A stretch of 47,288 nucleotides of DNA from Neoconidiobolus thromboides FSU 785 (GCA_025603075.1 MU626412.1:1-47288), one strand, 5' to 3'; positions 24,143 through 35,485 are shown, counted from the first letter of the stretch. The notes: a model not told the origin generated them from the letters alone. Made by a program: numbers and translations.

Positions 24143-25065
24143 TTATTGAATATCATTATAAAAAGTTTCTTTAGTATGACCAGAAAAGAGCTTATCAGTA
24201 AAGCTACTCACAAATCCAGGACAAAGTTGATTAGCATAACGATAAAGGAAAGGTTGAGCTCCAAAATTATATTTTATACTAACACCTTCACCAAAGTCGA
24301 TAGTAGGAAATGGCTCATATGATTGGTATTCAAACTTACATAAAACATTCCCATTATAAGTAAATATTATCACACCTAACTGTATATCATAAAAACAACC
24401 TAGAATGTCACCTTCTTTAATCATTGAAGTAAACATGGTTTTATATTCTTCTTGGTCAGAATATATACCATAAAGTTTATTTGATAGAAATGTAAAAGAT
24501 TCTATTTAAGTTAATAAGTCCCTTAAGTTATATTATATATATTACCAGGAAGATATTTAGTAGAGCTTTTATCTGCATACCCAAGTAGAAAGAAAGAACC
24601 ATCTGGAAAATCAACTAATTCAATTTCATAGTAAACACAATCTCCCATTAAAGGTTTATATTTTGCTTGAAGTGTACAATCTTTATTAAAATATATGCAG
24701 CTATTCTTTTTTAATATAATTTTATGAGTTTCTCCAGTACATACTTTAAACCTATTATAAATTATACTTGATTTATCTTCTATCCTTATTTCATTCAGTT
24801 CTGGTAAACTAGTATTCTCTTCAGGTTGTAACTTAACGCTTTTATCGGTAAAATTATCATTTCCTTCTTTTCCGATATTTATATCTGAAATCAAATTAAT
24901 AAAATAATCGATAACAATATATAAGTAGAAAATAACAATGACTGGAAAGAGCAATATAATAGAGATTATATAAAGGCTAATGTCATAAGAATCAGGTATA
25001 GACTCAATAATAGAATCAGAGGTGTTGTCAGATGCAGAATCAAATACAGACTCAGAGGTAATCAT
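24143..25065 (-). CDS. SSH4-like TM-SPRY protein, paralog 1 (292 aa)
   Basis: Exons 24546-25065 and 24143-24501 (44-nt intron). TM helix, then YYEIEL, FLLGYAD, GDILGCFYD, FTYNG, FPTI and KYNFGAQPFLY SPRY motifs. Confidence 0.78.
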
Positions 25066-25659
25066 TTTAAAACCATTTCTCTTAAAACATGATTTTATCC
25101 TTTTTATATCTTTTGTTTTGAATTTTTTACAATAAATTGGTTACTTAATTTACACTTTCATCTGTTCATGTTGCTTTTTTTATCAAAATTTTAAGAATAT
25201 TATGTTATTTGATGTTCTACTAAGGTGTTTAAAACTTATGTTTAAATTACTCCTTTCTAGAACTATAAAAATCCACAAAATAGGTGCCAATTTCAAGTTA
25301 AATTCAATTAAATTCATATGACTATATAGGTTTATAAACTATGAGTTAAATAAAAGAAATGAATGATTGTTTTCAATATTAAAATTTCAGAAAACTATTA
25401 CTTTGAAGTTGATTTTTCCATTATACATTTAAATATAATATTAAATGAAACAATATTTTAATAAATTTTCTTTGTTATATAATTAATTCCACCAAAAAGT
25501 TACAAATATTTATTTACACAGACTTTTTGAATGTCATATTATTACTTTTCCTTGATTACATACACATAACTTTCATCAATATAAATCAACTTTTATAGCT
25601 TAATTTTATATATAAAATAAACTAATTTGTGAAACGATATTATTAATATAATAGCATAT

Positions 25660-25757
25660 GGGGATGTATTTTTTTGTTTAAGAATTTTACTGACAATCTT
25701 TCTGCTCAAATAGAGCTTAAAAAGTGGAAAAGTAATGAAACCAAGAAAAATATCCCT
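25660..25757 (-). mobile_element. MITE-like repeat, copy 7
   Basis: GGGGATGTATTTTTTTG...CAAATAGAGCTTAA...AAAAATATCCCT with ATAT / ATAT flanks. Confidence 0.88.
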
Positions 25758-26809
25758 ATATATTTATATCTGAGAGAGCATCAATGCATATTATCTTAAT
25801 AATAAATAAATGAACAAAACAATTATCTCTAATTACATTAAACTTTACTATAAACCACACTTGAGAACAATATTCCTTGAGCTATCAAAAGCAATGATTT
25901 TTATTTCATCATTTATTGCTACTAAGTATCCTACTTCATATATAAAAGAGGATTTACTAAACAACATTCTCATTCTTCAGCTTCAAGTGAGTACAGGATT
26001 ATATTTAAGCCTATTTTACATATCGTTGGTTTTGAAATAAGTGCTCAAAATAACTAAAAAATTATACTTTTATAAATTAAAATTTAAAATAAAAATGATC
26101 AATAGAATAATGAATAAAGTTAATTATATATTATAAATGCCAATCATATAGTAAAATGATAGTATATGCTGTGATCGGTTAGTTTAAGGCTTTGAAGTTA
26201 AATATCTACTCTTAGTTTCTATTTCAATGCAAACTCCCTGTGTAAAAGTAATTTTTAACAAATCACTTCTTCGATTCAATATTAACTGTTCAAAGACCTC
26301 TCAAAATGACCTAGTTCATTTTAATTTAGCGTTATATCTCATTAGTACAAAATGTTTCTTTAAGCGCAAGAAGTCTAATAAGAGTAAAAAAAAAGCTTAA
26401 ACTAATAGCTAAGGAAGAGGATCTTGAACATTATTAAAAAGTATTCATTAAACGTAAAGCGGAGAAGACGCTCGTATATCATTAGGTTGGATGTCTTAAA
26501 GATTTCTGGTAATAGCTCCTTAGACATAATATGTACAGGGTTCTTAGATATCATTAGATTGAATGTCTCAAGAATCATTAGTAAAAAGCTTTTGAGTGTA
26601 GTTGGAAACAGTTCCTTGTGAAAGACTACTTTGATAATCAGGGTCAAAACAATTACTACAATAATAAAGAAAATGTTTACCTCAAAATTTATATTTAGTA
26701 ATTATATCTTTACAAAATCAGATGGTAAGAAATCTTGTATAGTCGTAGTAGTTGTAACTGCATAAGTTTTTACTATCATAGGTAAATGTCATCTTTTTGG
26801 ATATCATAT

Positions 26810-26907
26810 GGGGATGTTTGTTTTGATTTCATTACTTTTCCATTTTTTAAGCGCTATTTGAGCGGAAAAATTGGTAGTAAAATTCTTAAACACAAAAACA
26901 CATCCCC
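26810..26907 (+). mobile_element. MITE-like repeat, copy 8 (inside SPRY pseudogene)
   Basis: Near-consensus copy, GGGGATGTTTG...TTAAGCGCTATTTGAGCGGAAAA...ACACATCCCC, with ATAT / ATAT flanks. Confidence 0.92.
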
Positions 26908-27198
26908 ATATCATAAAAATAACCTATAGTACCATCTTTTTTAATCATATAAGTAAATAAATTCAGATACCGGTTTTGACTATATTTGTGCCATAAAATA
27001 TATTATTTAATAAAATGTAGGATTCTATTTAAGTCAATAAAGCCAATAAAGTCAATAAATTAATAACATATGTATATGTTACTAGGAAAAGCTTCTGAAG
27101 TTCTCATTTCCAAATATTCAAGCAAAAAATAAGAATCATCAGCAAAATTAAATGATTTGATTCTATAACAAAGACAATTTCTCATTAAAGAAATACAT

Positions 27199-27293
27199 GA
27201 AGATGTATTTTTTTTGTTGAGGAATTTTACTGATAATCCTTTCATTCAAATGGTGCTTAAAAATAGAAGTAATGAAACTATAAAAGCGCCTTA
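27199..27293 (-). mobile_element. MITE-like repeat, copy 9 (inside SPRY pseudogene)
   Basis: Degenerate copy, GAAGATGTATTTTTTTTG...GTAATGAAAC...CGCCTTA, with flanks ACAT / ATGT (each one change from ATAT). Confidence 0.78.
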
Positions 27294-28025
27294 ATGTTCA
27301 GTTTGAATTGAGCAACCTTCGTTAAATAGAACGCGATTATTCTCTTTTGATGTAATCTTATCGTTTTCTCTAGTACATATTTTAAACCTATTATAAAATA
27401 TACTTAGATTATTTTCCACCGTTATTTCAGCTAGTTCATTTGGATCATTGGTTTGTCCAAGGTGTGAATTAGTACTACTGATCATATCAGTGTTGTTTGA
27501 TGCTGTTCCAACATTCACATCAATACCTTTTTTGATAATATAAACAATATATATGTAATAATGAATGATAGATATACTATGGAGCAAAATAAGTAAATAA
27601 AAATATCACAATCAATTGTATTGCTAATTGGAATCATTTTCAAGTGATCTTAATAAATTTTACCCTTTTATATCTTTTAAAGCAGACAGTCATTAGCAAA
27701 TAAAATCCCTCACTTCTCTGCTTTTGATGATTTATAATATTTTATTAGATACGATCTTAAAAATATTGCGTATATATGCTGAAAACTTTAATAGTATTTT
27801 TTATCAGTATTACTTTTAAATTACTTCATTTTAGGATCTTAAATAAATTGAGCAGCTTTATGACTTTGTTAATGAGTATTATACTATCTGATACAAAGAT
27901 GTTATTATTCATATTCCTTTCAAATGCTTAATCCTCTATAATAATTTATAAATACAAGATATTTGACATGTAAAAAAAGATTAGGAAATAATAAGTATTT
28001 ACAAATTTAGTAAACGATAACTTGT

Positions 28026-29678
28026 TTATTTTAAGATTTGTAATAAAGAAGGAGCTAAGGCAATACCACTTTTAGTGAAGGCTTCAATTACATCCATGAC
28101 TTTTAAATTGATAGAAATTACTTCTAAAAACTGATAATAAGATTGATCCTTTATCAATTGTTGCTTCATTTTATCCTTAATTAAATCTATATCATTACAT
28201 TTAATAATAGAATTATAACGTATAACAAAAAATAAAGATTGAGAGATTAAAGGAATTAACCATAGAGAATAGAAAGGAATAGGTAGCTTTAAAGCATAAG
28301 TTAAGGTTAATTTACATTGTAATAAAGTAAATTTAATCAGATTGAAATTTAACTTAGTAAATGTATAAAAGTAACTAGAGTATAGAACAAATTTGAAATA
28401 ATAATAAAAGAATAGTAGTAAATTGAGGAAATTTTGATAATAACAACTACTCTTTATATTATTATGATTCATTAACATGATATATTTTTTAGTTAAATTG
28501 TTCAATTTATTGATATAAAATTGAGTTTTAAGATGATAATTTTGTTCAGTTATTTTTTGATTAATGAAATGTTGATTTGATAATTTTATATTGTATATTA
28601 TTATAGATAATTCAAGTAAATAGTCACTAACTAACAATTGTATTAAAAATAATGGATCTGTATACATGCTAAATATCGAGTATAATGATTGTTTAAATCT
28701 AAATGGTAGCAAATAAGTATAATTACTAGTTATGAATAAGTGAGCTGAAGTATAAGATAAAAAATTATAACACAGTCTCCTTTCAATAAATAAACTACTA
28801 TTATTTGTGTCATAATTTTTGTTTAATCCTAACAATGTTGCAAACCTTTGCAATAATAATATAGTTGAAAACCTTAACTGATACACCCATGCCAGATGAT
28901 TTAAATGAGTTAATATTAATAACAATGCTTGTATATTGACTATGTTTGGCTTTATTTGATTTAAATTTTTATAGTGTGAATAGATCTCATTCTCTAATTT
29001 TTTTAGGTAATTTATTAAATTATTATTACTATCATTTATATTACTATTACTATTGTTAATATACCAACTTAATCCTGATAATATAACTATCTTCTTTAAA
29101 ATTGGATTACGTGCATTAAAAGTCATACTTAAATTATGAAATATATTAAAGCAGAAGCAATTATAATTTAAAAAAGAATTTAACCCTAATGTTATCCACT
29201 GTTCATTAAAATTAAAATTAAAATACGTTATAATTATTTCTTTCTTTTTGTATAAAAATAATTGAAATTTCTGTATTAATGATAGCAAAAATTCGATCCC
29301 TTGATGCTTTAATTTATATGGCGTTGGATATTGTATACTTGTTGTCAAATTCTCTAACATATACTTTTTGGGAAACTTAAGTATCAGCTTTGCAACATAA
29401 TTTCTATCATAATTCATTTCTTTCGTTACTTTATATTCATTACATATAGTATAGATTAAATCCATATTATCTACGCTATCCTTGCTACTATTTACACTTT
29501 CACTCTTATTTTTCTTTTTATATTTTCCTCTTTTACTCCTTATATCATATTTACACGTTGTTCCTCTTATTGTACATAAATTACATTTTGGGTACTTTTT
29601 ATCACACTCCATCTCTTTCTTTTTACAAGACCGACATGCATCTTTTATTACAGGGAATTTCAAAAAACTGGTATTCAT
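28026..29678 (-). CDS. Zn(II)2Cys6 fungal transcription factor (second paralog)
   Basis: CRSCKKKEMECDKKYPKCNLCTIRGTTCKY cluster in an intronless 550-aa ORF. Architecture parallels 11331-13067 (e.g. NIQALL / QLIQLIL and ERRLCY / EERLNTY segments). Confidence 0.88.
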   Translation of the reverse strand: MNTSFLKFPVIKDACRSCKKKEMECDKKYPKCNLCTIRGTTCKYDIRSKRGKYKKKNKSESVNSSKDSVDNMDLIYTICNEYKVTKEMNYDRNYVAKLILKFPKKYMLENLTTSIQYPTPYKLKHQGIEFLLSLIQKFQLFLYKKKEIIITYFNFNFNEQWITLGLNSFLNYNCFCFNIFHNLSMTFNARNPILKKIVILSGLSWYINNSNSNINDSNNNLINYLKKLENEIYSHYKNLNQIKPNIVNIQALLLILTHLNHLAWVYQLRFSTILLLQRFATLLGLNKNYDTNNSSLFIERRLCYNFLSYTSAHLFITSNYTYLLPFRFKQSLYSIFSMYTDPLFLIQLLVSDYLLELSIIIYNIKLSNQHFINQKITEQNYHLKTQFYINKLNNLTKKYIMLMNHNNIKSSCYYQNFLNLLLFFYYYFKFVLYSSYFYTFTKLNFNLIKFTLLQCKLTLTYALKLPIPFYSLWLIPLISQSLFFVIRYNSIIKCNDIDLIKDKMKQQLIKDQSYYQFLEVISINLKVMDVIEAFTKSGIALAPSLLQILK

Positions 29679-30646
29679 TATATTGTTGACTGCTCTTATT
29701 TTTAAGCCTAACTAATGCTTTTTTCGCTACTATTTAAAGGTTTAGAGTTGTACAAAAGTTGAAAAAAATAAATAGTTTTTTTCCGGTTATTTCTTTCTAT
29801 ACTTTCTTAATAATAACTAAAAAAAAAAATTAATTTATTAATAGCAACCAAATTATTCTGCTCAAATTAAAAATTAACCAATCGAACAGCTTAAGAATAA
29901 AATATTTTGAACTTTTTGTCGCTTTTTTAATTTAAGGTTATTTTTTGTCCCCAAAATTCATTAAATATTGCAAAATTTATGATAAAATTGAGACTACTAT
30001 CAGTTTGTGAAAAAAGCTTAAAATAGTATATTTTTATTAATATTTCAATAAAGATGATTCTGGTAGGATATTAGTCATTGCTTTAATATAAAATATTACT
30101 TTTATCTCTTGATTTAATACTCTTTATATTATCTAAAGCTAAGTAGACTATACATACAAATATTTCGTTATATCTATCAGCATTTTGCACGTGATTTAGG
30201 ATATATATATGGAATCTTTAAGAGATAATAAGTTTTAGCATAGAATATGTAAAAATTTTACACTTAAACAGAACTGAATACAATTGGAAGACTATATTAG
30301 CTTTTTCATAATGTCTTTTTAGTATGGATAACTATTTCGATTTTATGCTGTATTCATAAATGTTGATGAAGCTGTCTCACAACACTTGTTGAATATAAGA
30401 TTATAAATACTATTATTTACCATTACAGCTAAAGTAATGCAAGCAATCCTATAGAAAATCAAATGATGTGCAATAGAAAAAAAACTTGATAAATAAAAGA
30501 CAATTAAAAGTTGGAAGTGCTGTAACTAAACCAAACTATAATAAAAATTAAAAATTAATTTCTAAATGATTTAATAAATAAAGAGAAGAGGGAATGGTGT
30601 TAATAATGTACACGTAGGGAAAAGGATTTAGTAGAGCGCAGCTATA

Positions 30647-31135
30647 CTATTTTTCAGCAATAAAAAATGTGTAGTCGATAGGTTCCAGCTGTATGAAGTT
30701 TATAATATCATCATCGTCACTCATGCTATTTTTTGCGCTATCCATGCATATAGTATTATTTTTATTTATAATGTTACGATTAGTTATGTTGCCATTTAAA
30801 TTATTATCATTGACACAATTCAAGTTCTTCAAATAAAGCATTGAATTTAAACTTGTGAAATTGGAGTGGATGTCGCCATTAATGTTAACCATGGTGTCTG
30901 ATGAAACAGATACAGTAGAAAAGCGATGAGATTGGCAATCGGTATTAAAATGATTATTCTTATTCATTAGTACCACATTATTCGCTGATAAAGCGGAGTT
31001 TCGCCTTTTATGAGTAATGTTGCCATTGAATATATTACTCTTCTTTTTGTTGCTAAACTTCTTCTTGCTACTTTGTCTTGATAACCAATTTTCAAATAAT
31101 ATAGTTAAACTATCGAAAATTCCTAAGCTACTCAT
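30647..31135 (-). CDS. Hypothetical Asn/Ser-rich protein
   Basis: 162-aa ORF, long for this base composition, with basic and phospho-site-like motifs (KRRNS, RFSTVS). No domain recognised. Confidence 0.45.
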   Translation of the reverse strand: MSSLGIFDSLTILFENWLSRQSSKKKFSNKKKSNIFNGNITHKRRNSALSANNVVLMNKNNHFNTDCQSHRFSTVSVSSDTMVNINGDIHSNFTSLNSMLYLKNLNCVNDNNLNGNITNRNIINKNNTICMDSAKNSMSDDDDIINFIQLEPIDYTFFIAEK

Positions 31136-32013
31136 GATTGCTATTTAGTTTATATATAAAATAATTTTGTACTCTATACTTTTTTAGCTTATTTATATTT
31201 TTTAATTTATTACATATATTAATAATAAAATCATACCTAAGTAATAATTAGAATTAAAAGTCAAAAGTAAGTGGAAATAAACCCAGACCAAATGTTTAAG
31301 GTTAAAAATAAAAAAGCTATAAATATTTACCTATCTTTATTCTTCACAAAAAGAACTTAGTGAAATTGATTTTATACCAATTAAATTTTATTTGTACATT
31401 ATTTTTCCTTTTCATTAGTTTATTAAATTTATTTTTTATACACTCCACGTCATAAAAATTCTTTATCTTTTGAATCTAATCATGACATTTATGCTAAAAG
31501 TCTGGTCTCAAATTAAACATTATGCTTATATGGCCTTATGGTCATTTTTCATATTCAGCCCTGAATAAATAGATTAGTTTATAAGTATATTTTAACTCAA
31601 AATGGGTATTATAATAATAAAAGAATCATGATTAACGGAAAACGATTGAATGTAGAAAAATAGACTAAGAATGAGATCATATACTAAAATTTTAAAGTCA
31701 GTATAGCATTGATTCAACATTTGTATATTTAAGTATTAAATAGCTCAACTTATTTATTTCATTTTTCTATTTTATTCAATCTAGATTGTATTATACAACA
31801 ATACATGTGTTGATATTTAATTATGTATTATAAAAATTCGCTTGTTTTAGATTTAAAGGTTACAATTTTAGATGGGTTGAGTATTTTTTGTTTTATTTTT
31901 GACGGGTTTTAAGCTGAATTTTAACTTACACACAATGCGGCAGATGAAAAATTTAGGAAAATTTAAATGTTTTATATAAAACATAAAAAATACTGATGCT
32001 TACAAAAAGAACT

Positions 32014-32111
32014 GGTGATGTTTTTTTGTTTAAGATTTTTCTAATAAATTCTCCCTGGCTTCTTTTCGCATAAAAAATGGACAATGGAATGAAACCGAAA
32101 AAAGCACTTTT
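32014..32111 (-). mobile_element. MITE-like repeat, copy 13 (degenerate), immediately upstream of PUS4
   Basis: GGTGATGTTTTTTTGTTTAAGATTTTTCTAA...GGAATGAAACCGAAAAAAGCACTTTT aligns end to end with copy 7. Flanks AACT / GACT. Confidence 0.65.
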
Positions 32112-32144
32112 GACTGCTCTTAAACCAATTTAAAAAATAGAACA

Positions 32145-33095
32145 ATGATAATGAAACAATACAATAATAAGCGATTACTGAATGGAGTAATAGGGGTAAA
32201 TAAGCCAAGTGGAATAAGTTCTTTTGATGTTATAAAATATATGCAAAATATATTATATCACTATTACAATGATTTAGACTATAACTTAATTTCATTACCT
32301 ACTGAATTAGGAAAATATAAAGGAAATTCTAAATTACCTTATAGAAGAGTAGGCCATGGTGGTACTTTGGATCCATTAGCTGAAGGTGTAATGGGTATTC
32401 AATTTTTTTATTAATTAAATAAAAGTTAATTTATTTTAGTGATTGCTACCGGAGACTCTACAAAATTATTAAACAACTATTTAAATGGAAGCAAGGTAAA
32501 CTATCTTATAAAAATTCCAATATAGATAAATATAATGGCAGTTGATAGGAATATATAGTCCAAGCAAAATTGGGCATAACAACGGATACTATGGATAGCA
32601 CCGGGAAAATAATAGATAGAAAGGACGAATTGAATATAGAAAAAGAGCAAATATTAAATTTATTATCTAAATTTGTTGGCACCTATGAACAAAAACCACC
32701 GTTGTAAGTGTTTATTTTTTATAATATCATAGATATAACTATAACTTAATTACCGAAGATTTAGTGCAATTAGAGTGAATGGGAAAAGATTGTATGCATT
32801 AGCAAGAGATGAGACTAGAAATGAGATAATTGATATCAAATCAAGACTAGTAACATGTAATTCTATAAAGTACATAAATAATATAGATAGTACAACGATT
32901 GAATTAAAAGTGAATTGTGAAAAAGGGTTTTATATCCGATCTTTAATTAACGATTTAGGGGATTTACTAGGTAGTGGAGCACACGTAACCAAATTAATAC
33001 GCATTCAACAAGGTTCCTTTAAATTAAATCAATGCCATAATTTAAATGAAATTGAGAATATACTAAAAGCAATTCAAAGTAATAAAAATAGTTAA
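32145..33095 (+). CDS. PUS4: tRNA pseudouridine-55 synthase (TruB family)
   Basis: Exons 32145-32394, 32440-32495, 32549-32703, 32759-33095 (265 aa). Motifs KPSG, GHGGTLDPLAEGV, TDTMD, PPLFSAIRVNGKRLY and GFYIRSL. Confidence 0.92.
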
Positions 33096-33098
33096 CTT

Positions 33099-34038
33099 TT
33101 AATGTTCTTTTATTCTTTTGCTTTTTTTGCTTTTCTTTTTACTTTTTGTATCTTTTTTATCCAACTCCTCAGACTCAGAAGATGAGACAATATTGTAATT
33201 AGGGACATTTACTAAATAAACGTAAATAAATATAAAAAACAATAAAATCATATTACTAGCAATAAACTCTGGTAAGCATAACTTTAACTCCCCACAATGC
33301 TGAATAAATAAATGACTAAGTGGTTCTTCTTTACTGTTTACTTTGATGCTTTCTATTTTATTTAATATTTCCATCCCGAATACTATCTTGCCAACGACAA
33401 TATTTCGATTATCTAAATGAGGTGTTGGTCTTAAGGTTAGCGTTAAGTAGCTTTTATTTATTGAGCTAGCTTCCTTGGGTGAAAATGATAATAAGCCGGG
33501 GGTATCATGTAGTTGTTGAAAATACCCTCCTATTTATATAAAATATTAATAAAAAGTCAAAAACAAAGATAAATGTATTACTTTGAATCATTTCTTCTTC
33601 AGATAATTGGATAATTTCTTCATTAATTTCAATTTTTATACCCATCCCCTTTATGATTTGACTTATTGAACTGTTCTTCAAATTAAGTGTAGTACCACTT
33701 TGTTTGCCTATTCCTCTTTCTCCTAAATTCGTGTTATTTGTATTAAATGTTAGTATTGTATATTTTTTACCTGTAAACAAGCATCGAATATCTTCTGCAA
33801 CAATTGATACTTTATTCAAATATAATTCAATCACTATTCTATATACATATATATATTAAATCATAATATTACATTATCTGTTAACATTATTACCTTCCTA
33901 CTTAGAAAGTTAGTGTTGAATCTTATTTTTATTCTTATTTTTATTAAACTTACATTTGTCTTCGTCTTCTAAAATATCTATGAATACCCTTGGGTTTAAC
34001 TTTAATTGATCTTCCTGACCTCTCTTTATTAGTACCAT
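33099..34038 (-). CDS. Divergent cyclophilin-fold protein with Lys/Ser-rich C-terminus (228 aa, 6 exons)
   Basis: Exons 33954-34038, 33894-33900 (7 nt), 33771-33838, 33582-33722, 33257-33529, 33099-33211. Motifs NPRVFIDI, LGRIVIEL, TGERG, HDTPGLLS, PHLD, VVGKIVFGM and IQHCGEL. Confidence 0.8.
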
Positions 34039-34629
34039 TTTGATATTTTGATTTTATTAAAAAAGCAATTATATTTTCAATATCAACTTTAAAAAAAGCA
34101 CTCAAATTTTGCAATTTTAAAGCAAAATTTAAACCTATTTTTAGGCACTTACTTTGCTACAATTAGCAATTTCACTGAAAATTTTGTACTTATTTAAAAA
34201 GGATTCTTTTCAAAAAGTTAATTTTCTAAAAAAACCAAAATTTCCAAATGTGAGAATCGCAGCAATAGTTATAACTATTTCACTTAATATGGAAGTCGTA
34301 CCTTGTTTTGGTTTTTAATTAATCTTTTTTAGTTTTAGATTGCGCAAGAAATGGACACAGTGCTGAAACTGAAGAAGATATCTACATGTGCTATTAAAAC
34401 CACCTATTATTTACCTAAAATAGATTCTAAAAAATATTCCATCACCTTAATTTTAAATTTTAACAAAAGTAATTAAGTTCAAATCTACTTAAGTTACTAT
34501 AAGTAATATTACTATTTTAATAGTAGATATTGGAAGTAAGGAAACAAGTAAATAGTTTATTAACTAAACTTATAAATTTGAGGTATTAAATTATAAAATA
34601 TACAAGTGAAACTTAAAACTTAGAAAAGT

Positions 34630-35485
34630 ATGAAGTACTACTATCCTACTCTCATAATCATACTCACCACTGTTACAATAGGCGTTAAAATACCTTCAAT
34701 AGCTATTTATATGCCTCAGCTTATTTCTGTGTATAAAAATTCAGTATACAGATGGTAAACTAATGGTAATATTTTAGATAATAGCATAAACCCAGAACTC
34801 AGAGGTAATAATAACTCAACTCTCCCAAACAAAATAATAATAGAAAATAATAATCGAATTGGGGCGAACTAAATAGTAGTAGAGAATAATTTAATTATAA
34901 ATAATTATAAATTTGATATAAAGGCTAGAGGTGAAGACAAAATTACTATCTACGAGACTATAGTATATACTTTCATTGAAGCTGCATTATTCAGAGAAAA
35001 TGTATAACTTTGAATCTAAAATCATTTTATTATGAAACTAGTTAGTAGTTTTTACTGATGATTTTAAATTTTTACCGGAGTCTACAAGTATAGCTAAAGT
35101 AAAGTTTCGTGGCAATTTATGTATAAAGTAGCTTAGCATGATTGTTAATTAAAATAAGGTCATATGTAATATTAAATAGTAAAATCCATGGTGCAAATAT
35201 AATCACAAAAAACCTATGAATGTTTTTGCTTGTAGTATCAAAAGAGAGGATGGAATAGGCTGTTTTTATGATAGATTGTTAGGTAAAGTTATCTTTGTTT
35301 ATAATAAAAATGATTTGTGCTACTACGGGCTCGAAGCTCAATAGAAACTTTCTACTGTATATATCACTAAAGGCACTTTCCTCAAATCTAATTTTAGAGA
35401 ACAACCTTTCCTCTATTTTCGTGCTAATCAACTTAAACTTGACTTGGAATATAACTATGTTCGAGCAGCTCCTCCTAATTTTTGA
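34630..35485 (+). pseudogene. SSH4-like SPRY pseudogene (paralog 4), tandem upstream of paralog 3
   Basis: Collinear with 36564-37379: SCIIQRK, FYYE, IGCFYDRLLG, NDLCYY, TKGTFLK, QPFLYFRANQLKL...APPNF*. Contains internal stops (34756, 34870 and others) and at least three frameshifts. Confidence 0.85.

Larger units (their letters stand above)
26448..27637 (-). pseudogene. SSH4-like SPRY pseudogene (paralog 2) with two MITE insertions
   Basis: Collinear with paralog 1 (LFNEGCSIQ, SLMRNC, same-position intron, MIKKDGTIGYFYD, FTYDSKNLC, KHFLYY) but with frameshifts, several in-frame stops and MITE copies 8 and 9. Confidence 0.85.

Noticed and set aside
25810-26400. Short ORFs and protein-like fragments between SPRY paralogs 1 and 2
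   Set aside because: No recognisable homology to neighbours or known families; cannot be supported without a search.
26402-26647. 81-aa minus and 65-aa plus ORFs
   Set aside because: Off-frame and antisense readings of the tail of SPRY pseudogene 2.
16953-33770. Three stop-free introns of length 3n (57, 48 and 45 nt) as a sign of regulated intron retention
   Set aside because: With over 20 short introns in the window, one to three such cases are plausible by chance.
34630-35007. In-frame TAA codons as evidence of stop-codon reassignment
   Set aside because: The region is a frameshifted SPRY pseudogene, and intact genes here terminate normally at TAA.
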